Of a stretch of 64,000 bases of DNA, positions 29,446 through 39,611 are shown piece after piece (within the stretch, counting starts at the first letter, position 1; each line of letters starts with the position of its first letter). Location of the stretch: contig CAKOXX010000002.1 in the NCBI GenBank assembly GCA_934130405.1, positions 28,100 through 92,099 of the forward strand. The letters run 5' to 3'. This stretch comes from an uncultured Bacilli bacterium. GTDB lineage: Bacteria > Bacillota_I > Bacilli_A > RF39 > UBA660. A model generated the notes under the pieces. The model saw only the letters and a list, made by a program, of their open reading frames with translations, was not told the origin of the DNA and did not search any database. The position numbers and the translations under genes were made by a program.

Positions 29446-30254
29446 TTTCTTGTTATATGATAAATAATTCTAACAATAATACCAGCAATGATAAATGTAA
29501 ATCCTAGAAAATAAATCTTACTAGACATATCCAAAATAACTGTTTTAATTACCGAAGAAACATTATCACTCCAAAAGAGAATATTCTTAACATCAATCTT
29601 GTTGAATAGTAAATAATTACCTAAAACTAATAACTCACCAGCACTAGCAAGTGGAATAGTAGCTACATTTTTCTTATAAAAGAAGTGACCAAATATTAGT
29701 AAAAGTAGAGTAGTGATACCTAAGACTATGATTGAAATATCAACTAATTTTACAATCTTTACTAAATAAATACTGAAATTATTAATCTTGGTACTGATAA
29801 TTATTTCATTTGTATAAATCTCTAACATTTGATTAACAAATAAATCCAAAGCTTCTGTTTCTGTTACTACAATATTATGTCTTATTAAATAATTATTAAT
29901 ATTATTCTCTAAATTAGCTTTAACACTATTAGTATCAACACTAACTTCTTTATTATCATAGAAAGCATAGATAGCATTATTTAAACTAGTTCTAATATCT
30001 TCCTTTGTATAGATATCCGTTAAAACTTCATTAGTAAGACCAGACTGGATAAGATAGTTTTGCATTTCTTCATTGATAGAATTATAAACTTTATCATAAT
30101 AATTTATCTTTTTTAAATTATCTATAATATAATCTGGTTTTAGAATAGTTAGTTTCATAGTAAAGATAAGTGTTATACCTAGTACAATAACAGTTAGTAA
30201 TAACAGATAAAAGTAAAATGATAACATCTTTAATTTTTTACTCATAAGTAGCAC
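29433..30254 (-). CDS. hypothetical membrane protein (273 aa), last gene of the sortase operon
   Basis: N-terminal and C-proximal TM helices; overlaps the sortase gene end. Confidence 0.5.
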   Translation of the reverse strand: MLLMSKKLKMLSFYFYLLLLTVIVLGITLIFTMKLTILKPDYIIDNLKKINYYDKVYNSINEEMQNYLIQSGLTNEVLTDIYTKEDIRTSLNNAIYAFYDNKEVSVDTNSVKANLENNINNYLIRHNIVVTETEALDLFVNQMLEIYTNEIIISTKINNFSIYLVKIVKLVDISIIVLGITTLLLLIFGHFFYKKNVATIPLASAGELLVLGNYLLFNKIDVKNILFWSDNVSSVIKTVILDMSSKIYFLGFTFIIAGIIVRIIYHITRKKQS

Positions 30255-30894
30255 CTTCTAACTCTGCATATATTACATATCTTTTAGTTTTAAAACCAAT
30301 TGTATCTACTGGCCAACAAGTATACATCATTAACTCTTCTTTATTAGTTTGAATAGGTAAGCTACTCATATCTTTATAATCAATAACTTTACCTTCTCTT
30401 ACTCTATAAGTAAAAGTTCCGTAACTTGCTTTGATAGTTACAATATCACCAGCTGCTAACTGATAAAGATTCATGAAATGTTGTCTACTATTATGCGCTG
30501 CTAGAATAATAGAACCACCTTCACCAGGAAAGTAACTACCAGAATAATGACCAACACCATATTTAATAATATCTAAGGTGTCTCCGTGATAGACTGGAAT
30601 ACTGACATTAATTTTTGGAATTTCAATTGTTGCCCAAACTGTTCCCCAATTCGGATAAACTGCTAGTCTTTTTTTAACCGAATCAAACTTTAAATCTTGG
30701 GCTTCACTTTGGGTTTTACCAATTGTAATCATATCTATTAAAGAAATATAAGTATCTATCTTCTTTCCAAAACAGAAGAAACAAATTACAACTAGTAAAG
30801 ACGAAATAAAAAAAGAAATTGTTAATTCCTTGGCAATTCCTTTTCCTAATTTGAGAATTCTTTTAAGCATTTGTTCCTGCCATTTTTTTAGCAA
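30238..30894 (-). CDS. sortase-family transpeptidase (class B-like)
   Basis: N-terminal TM; His region ILAAHNSRQHF, Cys region LMMYTCWP, Arg KRYVIYAE. Confidence 0.7.
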   Translation of the reverse strand: MLKKWQEQMLKRILKLGKGIAKELTISFFISSLLVVICFFCFGKKIDTYISLIDMITIGKTQSEAQDLKFDSVKKRLAVYPNWGTVWATIEIPKINVSIPVYHGDTLDIIKYGVGHYSGSYFPGEGGSIILAAHNSRQHFMNLYQLAAGDIVTIKASYGTFTYRVREGKVIDYKDMSSLPIQTNKEELMMYTCWPVDTIGFKTKRYVIYAELEGATYE

Positions 30895-31396
30895 TAACTA
30901 CTACACCAAGTACAGAAATTACACTAGCGATTACTATAACTAAGTAGTTATTATTAGTATTTTGAATTCCATTATCTTTGTCAGTGATAACTGTGAATGG
31001 GGTTTTACCATCTGATTCATAAACAGTTAATTTTCCACCTTTAGTTAAAGTTACTTTAACAGCAGTATTCTTAGAAATATCACTTACAATTGAAACTAAT
31101 TTAGATTTAGCACTATCACTTAAAGCACTATAATCAGTTGCTCCTGATTCTTGAGCTATTGTTAATGCTTCATCAAATTTACTTGCAATATAGTCACAAT
31201 CACTACTAGATAAATCATACTTGTTTAAGTATCTTTCAAGTTCAGTGACAAGGTTTGCTGGTGCACTGACTTGTTTTCCTCCAATTGTGTAAGTATTTGT
31301 TAACTTTGACTTTAAGTCTTGTTTTGTCATAGCACTAACGTTAGTTCCTACTAGGAAAAATACGGCTATTGCTAAAACGTAAAAAACTTTTTTCAT
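30863..31396 (-). CDS. small secreted protein with C-terminal sorting-signal-like tail (candidate sortase substrate)
   Basis: signal peptide; C-terminal GIQNTNNN + hydrophobic VIVIASVISVLGVVVIA + basic KKMAGTNA. Confidence 0.5.
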   Translation of the reverse strand: MKKVFYVLAIAVFFLVGTNVSAMTKQDLKSKLTNTYTIGGKQVSAPANLVTELERYLNKYDLSSSDCDYIASKFDEALTIAQESGATDYSALSDSAKSKLVSIVSDISKNTAVKVTLTKGGKLTVYESDGKTPFTVITDKDNGIQNTNNNYLVIVIASVISVLGVVVIAKKMAGTNA

Positions 31397-31537
31397 AATA
31401 TACCTCCCTACTATATATTAAGTCTATAACATAAATAGCTTAAAAGCAAGGTAATTGTACATTTTTGACAACTAATTATGTAATTTTTTTTAAATAATTA
31501 TGTTATACTATCTGTAATATTTTTTAGGGGGATAAGT

Positions 31538-34500
31538 ATGAATTTAACATATAAAGAATTTTTAAAGTTATTATCAGAAAATACAAGAGAGTATATCGAA
31601 AATGTTATGAATGAGTTATATTATTATGAAAGGTTATCAACTACTAGTGATAATAATCGTTATTTCAATATAATAAGAGCATGTTATATCGGCATGGAAA
31701 AGGATATAGCATATACTGACTTTATAAAAAAGATGAAGTTTGATAGTAGTAATATAGATAATTCTTCTAAATCTCGTATTTATTATGATTTTAAAAAAAT
31801 TCCTGCTTCGTCTAAGGAGGAATTATTTAGAAAATATAATAGTTTTTTCATTTTGCAGGATAGTATTGAAAACTCTAAGTACTTTCAATATTTAAAACCT
31901 AGTGAAATTTTATATGATGCAGTAAAAAACTTTATTGTACGTTGTAACTATAAGGAGGACTACGCCTTTTCTAGGGTAGTTGGAGTAGAAAAAAATAGTG
32001 ACTATCTTGATTTAGTCAGCGAGTTAGTAAAAAGAGATAGGGAACAAGTTAATGTTCAACTTGAAAGAGAACTTTATAAAGATTTAAATTATGAAGTTAT
32101 TTCTTTTGTTGAATGTGCTAGTAAAATAAGAAATAAATTAAGTATATGTTTAGAAAGAAATGTTATTAGGGAAAGTAATTACATTAGAGATACAAGTGAT
32201 TATTTAACACCTTTATCACTATTTCTAGCGATTTTTGAATATGATGGCAAGAAAGTGAATGCTATAGAAAAGATATTTAATGATAAAGGAATAACTCTTT
32301 TTAAAATATATAAAGCTTTAGGAAAGAATCTTAGTAAAGAAATAAAAGAAGAAAAGAAAGATATTCGTGTTATTGATAAATTTTATAGACCATATTTAGA
32401 TAAACATATTAGTGAGTTAGTAAAGAAACTATTTAATAAGGAGTTAGTACCGAATAATTGTGTAGAAAAGTTTATTTCTCAATTTGATGTTGAAGCTTTA
32501 GATATAGTTGACTTGCGAGAATCATTGTTTGCACTTGATGAATTTGATGAGAAACAATTTGATGAATTCTATCATAAGTTAAAACTCCAAACTAAAATAT
32601 CTTTAAATGATACTGCCAAAATATATCAACTATTATTAACACAACTAGATAGTAATTTCTTACTAACTTCTACTGATGATATTGATACTTTAGCTATTTT
32701 AATTTCTTCTTATTATCATAATGGTATAGTTAGTGAATATTTTAAAGATAACGGTATTGCGCTTGAAAATATTTTAGATTTGTTAAATATTAATATCACT
32801 AAAGAAGAACTTAAAAACGTTGCTGTTGATAAAAAAGTATTTATGAAGAAATTTAAGAGACTTATTGTAGATGGTGTTAATAGTGATAGAGATATTTCTA
32901 AAGTTACTCCAACAGATTTTGAGAAGAATTTATGTAATCAAAATTTTAACAAGACAAATATTGTTCAAGGAATATTTGAAAACTTTACCGGTAAGGGGTT
33001 ACCATCTAACTTTATTAAAGAGTTAGATGATTATATTGTTACTAAAAGAAAAGAAAACGCTAAAAAGGAACTAGTTGAATACTTAGAAGAAAAAAACATA
33101 GAAGACGTTGATTTTCTCTTTAAAGTATTAGATGCTTATGAACATTTCCTTTTGAGTAATACTTCTTCCAGTAAAAGACTATTAATGGAAGCAAGTATTA
33201 TTACTGCCTTTGGTATGACAGATATTGGTTCAAAGTATTTAAGTCTGATTCATTTTGATTATGAAAAATTTTTAGTACAAGCTAATATTAAAAATGAAAA
33301 AGTAGAATCAACTGAACTTAGAGATTTAGCTTTCAAAGAAAATCTAGAACCATTTATTAATAATAATGATACAACACTTAGTATTACAGTAAATCTGCTT
33401 AAGAGTCCTGATATTTCTCCTGAAGTTAAAAAGTTTATAGATGATATTAAATATGAAGTTTTAACAGAAGAAGAATTCTATTATCAACAAGAAATAAATG
33501 TAAAAACGAGTGAAGTTAAGGAAAGATTAAAGGAAAATTTGTCAGAAGATATGTTAGGTTTTATTGAATCATCTTTTTGGTATTATCCAAGATTAAGAAT
33601 AGTAGAAGATAGTTGTGATAGAAAATGTATGAGTTTATTCCTAGGAATTATGTCTTCTTTAAAAACCAAAGTACTATTTGAAAAGTATGGTTTTGATTGT
33701 AAAAAAATAATTGATGACTTTGTTGCTGATAGTCCAACATCTAAACAAGTTGCTGATAATCTGTATCTTGATTTTGAATTGTTTTCTAAAGAAAAATTAT
33801 CAGATATTACAATTATTAATGATTTATTTGCAAATAATTATATAAAAAGATTATGTGAAAAAAATAATATATCAATTTATAATTTGGAATATGAATTGCT
33901 TTTAAAAACTGGCAAGTTAGGTAGCCTTAGTATTCCTGAGAAAAAACAATTATTAGAAGCAACCGAACTACCAAGTGTTAATCCATTTAATAATAGTAGT
34001 TTAATTAATTATTCGAATGTCTTAAGTTTTCATTCAAAAAGCATTGAAAAACCATATCAAGAACTTTTAAGTTCTAACTCTATTTCTACTGCTACTAATA
34101 TGATACATGATACGATAAATGATTTATATAAAGAGCAAATAGAGAAGCCAAGTTTCTTTCAACAATTATTTTCACTCATACAAGAAGAAGATAAAGATAT
34201 TGTTTATAATAAAGAAGCAATGATAAAACTTAGAGAAGAATTAGATAAACAAAGTGACAATTTAGAAAAAGAGATTAAAACTTATGCTGAACTAATCGAC
34301 TATATGAAAGCTTTCTATAAGAAGAATGAAGATAGAATAGTAGAGATGGATAGCAAGATGAGAGTAGTTGAAGATTTACAAAATAGTGAAGAAGATGATG
34401 ATACTTTTGGGTTAATTAAATATCAAAGTACTCTAAATATCATGTCTTCTTATAAAAACTCTTTTGTTACTACTGGTAATCTTTGCAAAGCTGAGATAAT

Positions 34501-34843
34501 TAGAGTTTATAATTCGATTGTAAGTCACTTTATGGTTCTTAATTCGATTAGAACTACTAAAGAAGTTTTAGTTCCAATTATTGAATCAGAAAGTATTATT
34601 AGTAAAGGAATAGAAAATGAAAAAGATATTATTGGAGTTATTCATGAGATATCTGATTTATTTAATAATATGGTTGAAAATAATACTGAAGGAATAAGTG
34701 CAAACTTAGCAAAACTAGATAATTTATCCGTTGATAATTATGCTTCTTTAACAAATGGTATAAATAAATTTTTAGAAGATACTTCTAATCTTTCTAGTAG
34801 TAGTGATAAAATAAAAGTAAAATTATATAAGAAAGAGGATTAA
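31538..34843 (+). CDS. large hypothetical soluble protein (1101 aa), no recognisable motif
   Basis: uninterrupted ORF, no TM or signal peptide, no Walker, HATPase or nuclease motifs seen. Confidence 0.6.
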   Translation: MNLTYKEFLKLLSENTREYIENVMNELYYYERLSTTSDNNRYFNIIRACYIGMEKDIAYTDFIKKMKFDSSNIDNSSKSRIYYDFKKIPASSKEELFRKYNSFFILQDSIENSKYFQYLKPSEILYDAVKNFIVRCNYKEDYAFSRVVGVEKNSDYLDLVSELVKRDREQVNVQLERELYKDLNYEVISFVECASKIRNKLSICLERNVIRESNYIRDTSDYLTPLSLFLAIFEYDGKKVNAIEKIFNDKGITLFKIYKALGKNLSKEIKEEKKDIRVIDKFYRPYLDKHISELVKKLFNKELVPNNCVEKFISQFDVEALDIVDLRESLFALDEFDEKQFDEFYHKLKLQTKISLNDTAKIYQLLLTQLDSNFLLTSTDDIDTLAILISSYYHNGIVSEYFKDNGIALENILDLLNINITKEELKNVAVDKKVFMKKFKRLIVDGVNSDRDISKVTPTDFEKNLCNQNFNKTNIVQGIFENFTGKGLPSNFIKELDDYIVTKRKENAKKELVEYLEEKNIEDVDFLFKVLDAYEHFLLSNTSSSKRLLMEASIITAFGMTDIGSKYLSLIHFDYEKFLVQANIKNEKVESTELRDLAFKENLEPFINNNDTTLSITVNLLKSPDISPEVKKFIDDIKYEVLTEEEFYYQQEINVKTSEVKERLKENLSEDMLGFIESSFWYYPRLRIVEDSCDRKCMSLFLGIMSSLKTKVLFEKYGFDCKKIIDDFVADSPTSKQVADNLYLDFELFSKEKLSDITIINDLFANNYIKRLCEKNNISIYNLEYELLLKTGKLGSLSIPEKKQLLEATELPSVNPFNNSSLINYSNVLSFHSKSIEKPYQELLSSNSISTATNMIHDTINDLYKEQIEKPSFFQQLFSLIQEEDKDIVYNKEAMIKLREELDKQSDNLEKEIKTYAELIDYMKAFYKKNEDRIVEMDSKMRVVEDLQNSEEDDDTFGLIKYQSTLNIMSSYKNSFVTTGNLCKAEIIRVYNSIVSHFMVLNSIRTTKEVLVPIIESESIISKGIENEKDIIGVIHEISDLFNNMVENNTEGISANLAKLDNLSVDNYASLTNGINKFLEDTSNLSSSSDKIKVKLYKKED

Positions 34844-34845
34844 TT

Positions 34846-35283
34846 ATGCAAATTTTAGTAATTGATGACAATGAGTTTAAATTTAACAATATTAAAGAAA
34901 TACTTGAAGAAGTAGATGTAGAAGCGGAGATAACTTGGGCAAAATCAAGAAATAGTGGTTTGATAAATATTATGAATCATAACTTTTTAAAAACTGAACT
35001 TCCACCTTATGACTTATTAGTATGTGATAATTATTTACCAGTTACTGATGATGATTACCGGACTGAACCACTTGGAAAAAATATAGTAAGAGAGGTAAGA
35101 AAACGCTTTCGACTTACTGATTTTCCAATATTAATGTGTTCATCAGAACCATTAGAAGAATTTGGTTACAACTATAGTATTACTTATGATTCTTCGGTTT
35201 ATATGAATCCAATGTTTAAAGAAGTAATTGATGATGTAAAAAATAATAAAGCTAAGCAGTTAGTTAAGAGAAAGTGTAATTAA
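34846..35283 (+). CDS. orphan receiver (REC)-like single-domain protein
   Basis: ILVIDDN acidic pair, LLVCDNYLP (phospho-Asp position), ILMCSS, later Lys. ATG lies 3 nt after the upstream stop with an AAGAGGA SD (translational coupling). Confidence 0.5.
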   Translation: MQILVIDDNEFKFNNIKEILEEVDVEAEITWAKSRNSGLINIMNHNFLKTELPPYDLLVCDNYLPVTDDDYRTEPLGKNIVREVRKRFRLTDFPILMCSSEPLEEFGYNYSITYDSSVYMNPMFKEVIDDVKNNKAKQLVKRKCN

Positions 35284-35306
35284 CTATTTAGTAAATGGTG
35301 TAAATA

Positions 35307-36925
35307 ATGGAATATTGGAATTTATTTGATTATGAAGGTAAAAAAAGAAAAAGCTAGCTATTAGGGGAACAAAACTAGCCGATGATGATTTTCATTTAGT
35401 AGTAAATGTTTGGATAATGAATGATAATGGAGAATTTTTAATAACACAAAGAGCAGTCAATAAAAGCCACCCGCTTATGTGGGAATGTACAGGTGGCTCT
35501 AGTTTAATTAATGAAAACTCTAAACAAGCTGCTATACGGGAAGTAAAAGAAGAATTAGGAATAGATATTTCTAAAAGTGAAGGAACGTTAATAGGAAGAA
35601 CAAGAAGATATTATGCTAATTGTCCAGATATCTTAGATGTTTGGTTATTTAAAAGTAATATTTCCTTAAAAGAAGTTGTTATTCAGAAAGAAGAAGTAAA
35701 TGATGTTATGTTTGCTTCTCGTGAAAAAATAAAAGAGTTATTTGATAATGGTCAATTTGAAGCTAATGCTTTATTTAATAGAGTAGTTGATATTGAAAAT
35801 AAAAGTGAAGTTTACTATGTAGGATTTAATGCTAATAATGCTATTTGTAATGAGAATTTCTTTTCATCCATAACACTTAATCCAAATAGAGAAAAAGGAA
35901 ATATTTATTATAAAGAAGAAACTATTGAAGACAAAAATTCTGATAGCTTTCTTAAAGAATATAAAAACTTTCTTATTGAAACAATGACTAATCTTACTAG
36001 AAAAAATGCTAATACTATATTTCTTGCTTTTAATAAAAAAATTAATAACTTGTTAAAGAATCAGAAACAGTTTAATATTATTCACGATAATTATGAATTA
36101 TTAGATAAACTTAATAATAAAAAATTCGCAAGGGAATTAGTAAAAAGTGATGTTCCTGTTATTAAAACTTGTTTTATTGAAAAGAATATATCTTATGAAG
36201 AAGCAACTAGATTAATTAAAAGTAAAAAAATAGTTATTCAAGGAAAAACTGGAGCAGGTGGAAATAATACTTATTATGTAGATGATTTTGAAAAATTCAA
36301 CAAGTATAAAGAAAAGTGTGATAATAAGTATTTTCTTTCAAAATATATTAAACATTTACCTGTTAATATTACACTAGTAATTGGTAAATATGAAACGATA
36401 AGTTTGCCACTTTCTGTTCAATTAATTAAACTTACTGATGATAGATTTAAATATGTTGGAGCAGATTTTATTTATTCCCAAACATTAAATAATACTGTAA
36501 CTGCCAAAATAAGAGATTATACTAGTAAAATTATTAAAAAATTAAAAGAAATTGACTATAAAGGAATTGTTGGAATAGATTATGTTATCGATTCTAATGA
36601 TAATGTTTATTTTATGGAACTTAATCCAAGGTTTCAAGCTTCATCATTTATTATTAATAAATATCTAGAAAAATATTGTTCAACTTGTTTAGCTGAATTA
36701 CATTATTTAGCTATTACTGATAAATGTATTGGTAATAATTACTTAGATAAAATTGATAAAAGTTTTGTGAATTGTTATAATTCAAAAGATTATGACGAGT
36801 ATAAATATGCTAAAAGAGTAGTTAATGGTTATTATGCTAAAAATAAAGATTCTTATTATCGAAAGGTATTTAATTATTCAATATTAAAAAATAGTGAGTT
36901 TGAAAAACGTGCAAAAGATATGTAA
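35307..36925 (+). CDS. NUDIX hydrolase fused to ATP-grasp ligase domain; N-terminus disrupted by a frameshift in an A7 tract (35340-35346)
   Basis: Frame A gives MEYWNLFDYEGKKRKS-stop. The -1 frame continues KKKLAIRGTKLADDDFHLVVNVWIMNDNGEFLITQR into the NUDIX box GGSSLINENSKQAAIREVKEELGI. C-terminal ATP-grasp motifs GIVGIDYVIDSNDNVYFMELNPRFQASS. The track ORF starts only at 35417. Confidence 0.6.
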
Positions 36926-37012
36926 TAGTTTTTAATAATTTGTAAAGTGATTTAATAAATATTGAATCATTGTAGTTAATAGTCTATACTTGATAATAGG
37001 AGGATGATAAAA

Positions 37013-38017
37013 ATGAAGTTTTTAGTAACAGGAGGAGCCGGTTTTATTGGTAGTAACTATTTACATTATGTAGTTAATAAGTATCCTTTTGATGAATTTG
37101 TTTGTTTGGATGCCCTAACTTATGCCGGAAACTATAACAATATTAAAGATTTAGAAGGGAAACCTAATTATAAATTTGTTCATGGTGATATTACTGATAG
37201 AGAATTTGTTTATAAATTATTTGAAGAAGAAAACTTTACTACAGTAATTAACTTTGCAGCAGAAAGTCATGTTGATAATTCAATTAAAAATCCAGAATTA
37301 TTCTTAAGAACAAATATAATTGGTACAGAAGTATTAATGGATGCGTGTTTGAAATATAATGTTTTAAGATATCATCAAGTATCAACTGATGAAGTTTATG
37401 GTGATTTACCGCTTGATCGTAAAGATTTGTTGTTTACAGAAAAGACCCCAATTCATACATCAAGTCCATATTCTACTAGTAAAGCTAGTGCTGACTTATT
37501 AGTAGGTGCTTATCATAGAACTTATGGGTTAAATACTACTATTAGTCGTTGCTCTAATAATTATGGACCATATCAGTTTCCAGAGAAGTTAATCCCTGTA
37601 GTTATTTCCAAAGCTTTGAATGATGAAAAGATTCCGGTTTATGGGACGGGAGAAAATGTTCGTGACTGGATTCATGTAATTGATCACAACATTGGTGTTG
37701 ATTTAATCGTTAGAAATGGTAAGAGTGGAGAAATCTATAATCTTGGTGGTCACTCTGAAAAAAGTAATTTAGAACTTGTTAAGATAATTCTTAAGCAATT
37801 AGGTAAGAGTGAAGACTTGATTGAATTTGTAGCTGATAGAAAAGGTCATGACTTACGATATGCAATAGATTCTAGTAAAGTCGAAGAAGAACTTGGTTGG
37901 AAGAGAACTTATACTTTTGAAAGTGGTATTAAAGAAACTATTACTTGGTATTTAAATAATCAAGAATGGTTAGATGCTATTAAAGACGGTAGTTATAAAA
38001 ATAGTTATAAAGATTAA
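37013..38017 (+). CDS. rfbB: dTDP-glucose 4,6-dehydratase
   Basis: GGAGFIGS Rossmann motif, YHQVSTDEVYGDL, PYSTSKASADLLV (catalytic YxxxK); ATG 37013 with AGGAGG SD at 9-nt spacing. Confidence 0.9.
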   Translation: MKFLVTGGAGFIGSNYLHYVVNKYPFDEFVCLDALTYAGNYNNIKDLEGKPNYKFVHGDITDREFVYKLFEEENFTTVINFAAESHVDNSIKNPELFLRTNIIGTEVLMDACLKYNVLRYHQVSTDEVYGDLPLDRKDLLFTEKTPIHTSSPYSTSKASADLLVGAYHRTYGLNTTISRCSNNYGPYQFPEKLIPVVISKALNDEKIPVYGTGENVRDWIHVIDHNIGVDLIVRNGKSGEIYNLGGHSEKSNLELVKIILKQLGKSEDLIEFVADRKGHDLRYAIDSSKVEEELGWKRTYTFESGIKETITWYLNNQEWLDAIKDGSYKNSYKD

Positions 38018-38028
38018 AAGGGGAAAAT

Positions 38029-38739
38029 ATGAAAAAAAATAATACTTTACTTATAATAATTGTGCTAGTATTAGCAATAATAGTTGTATCTGTTGGAGTA
38101 GGACTTTCTGTTTTTAATAAAACTAAAACAGATAGCAATGAACAACAAAATATTACAAATAACAAAGATACTGTTGATGTTAAAGTTGATTTAGAAAAAG
38201 CTTCTAATAAATTAACAGAATACTTTGCTCTTTACTTAAAAACTAATACTACAGATAGCAATTTAAATAAGAATCTTATGGCGACTGCTGATAATAGATT
38301 AGAAATAATTGATGATTATTTTATGAGTAATGGTGGTGGGGTATCCTTTAATGATAATCAATCTATGTATATCAATATTGATACTTATAAAAATAAATAT
38401 AAAGAGATATATGGTAGTTTAGATAGCTTTGATAGTGATACAAAAACTGTTTCTCCAGCTAGATATTCATTAGCTAATAGTATAGATTCAAGTTTAGCAG
38501 CAAACTTAGTTGCTTGGAATAGTTTACGTAGTGGTGTAATGTACGATAAAGTAGAAATGAAAGTTTCTAATGCTAGTTATGATAGAAGTAGTAAATCATA
38601 TAAATTAACAGGGACAGTTAATTATTCACAATCAGTTAATACGGTTGAATCAGCACCAGTTAGTTTAACTAAAAGTTTCACTATAACTTATGTTAATACT
38701 GGTGATACAAATTATATGACAAGCTTAATTTTAAGCTAA
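38029..38739 (+). CDS. hypothetical membrane-anchored secreted protein (236 aa)
   Basis: N-terminal TM; Ser/Thr/Asn-rich; tightly follows rfbB. Confidence 0.5.
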   Translation: MKKNNTLLIIIVLVLAIIVVSVGVGLSVFNKTKTDSNEQQNITNNKDTVDVKVDLEKASNKLTEYFALYLKTNTTDSNLNKNLMATADNRLEIIDDYFMSNGGGVSFNDNQSMYINIDTYKNKYKEIYGSLDSFDSDTKTVSPARYSLANSIDSSLAANLVAWNSLRSGVMYDKVEMKVSNASYDRSSKSYKLTGTVNYSQSVNTVESAPVSLTKSFTITYVNTGDTNYMTSLILS

Positions 38740-38915
38740 AATAATGACTATTTACAAACTTCAATTTGTAGAGTAGGTGAAAAAACTATACAGGCTTAGG
38801 AAGACAACTTAGCTCTTTCCGACGATAAATAAGTTAAAAAATTATCAAAACTTTATAATGTTATAAAAAATTACTTATTGAGTTTATGTAAGTAAGTTAA
38901 GGAGTAGTGATTTTA

Positions 38916-39611
38916 ATGAAACAAAATTTTATATGTCCATTTTGTGGTTCTTCAGTACCAATTACTTTTGATACTGAAAGAAAAGAATTAATCTATTTTG
39001 GACACGATCAACATAATATGAATGATAGTCGTCCAAAGTATAAAAATGTTTTTGAAATATACATACATCACTGTCCAACCTGTGATAATGTTAATTTTGT
39101 TGCTGAAGGGAAATCCAATCTTAAAGGAATAAAAATACCTATGTATCCTAAATCACTTGCAAAACAATTTCCAAGTTTTATCCCCAAAGCTATAATAGAA
39201 GATTATGAAGAAGCATATTCAATATTGTCATTAAGCCCTAAGGCTTCTGCAACTTTAAGTCGAAGATGTCTGCAAGGAATGATTAGAGATTTTTGGAAAG
39301 TAAATGTTAAATCTGGAAAGTTATATGATGAAATAAATGCAATTAAAGATAAAATTACACCAGCACAATGGAAGGCAATTAACTCTCTTCGTTCTCTAGG
39401 CAATATAGGCGCTCACATGGAGAAAGACGTTAATGAAATTATAGAAATTGATGATGGTGAGGCTGAAAAACTTATAAAACTTATTGAATTATTAATGGAA
39501 AAATGGTACATAGCAAGGCACGATGAAGAAGAACTATTAAATGAAATAGTTGAAATTAGAAATGAAAAAAGTAATAAAAAGACAACTAAACAATTAGAAT
39601 CACAACTATAA
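38916..39611 (+). CDS. DUF4145-like protein with N-terminal zinc ribbon
   Basis: CPFCGS...HHCPTCDN; C-terminal LRSLGNIGAHME matches the R..GN.aAH core of DUF4145; ATG 38916 (track GTG 38907). Confidence 0.5.
   Translation: MKQNFICPFCGSSVPITFDTERKELIYFGHDQHNMNDSRPKYKNVFEIYIHHCPTCDNVNFVAEGKSNLKGIKIPMYPKSLAKQFPSFIPKAIIEDYEEAYSILSLSPKASATLSRRCLQGMIRDFWKVNVKSGKLYDEINAIKDKITPAQWKAINSLRSLGNIGAHMEKDVNEIIEIDDGEAEKLIKLIELLMEKWYIARHDEEELLNEIVEIRNEKSNKKTTKQLESQL

Noticed and set aside
31538-34843. 1101-aa protein as a sensor histidine kinase partner of the adjacent REC-like protein (Detocs-like two-component defense)
   Set aside because: No H-box or HATPase N/G1/G2 motifs, no TM sensor region. The idea is retained only as an open question in the findings.
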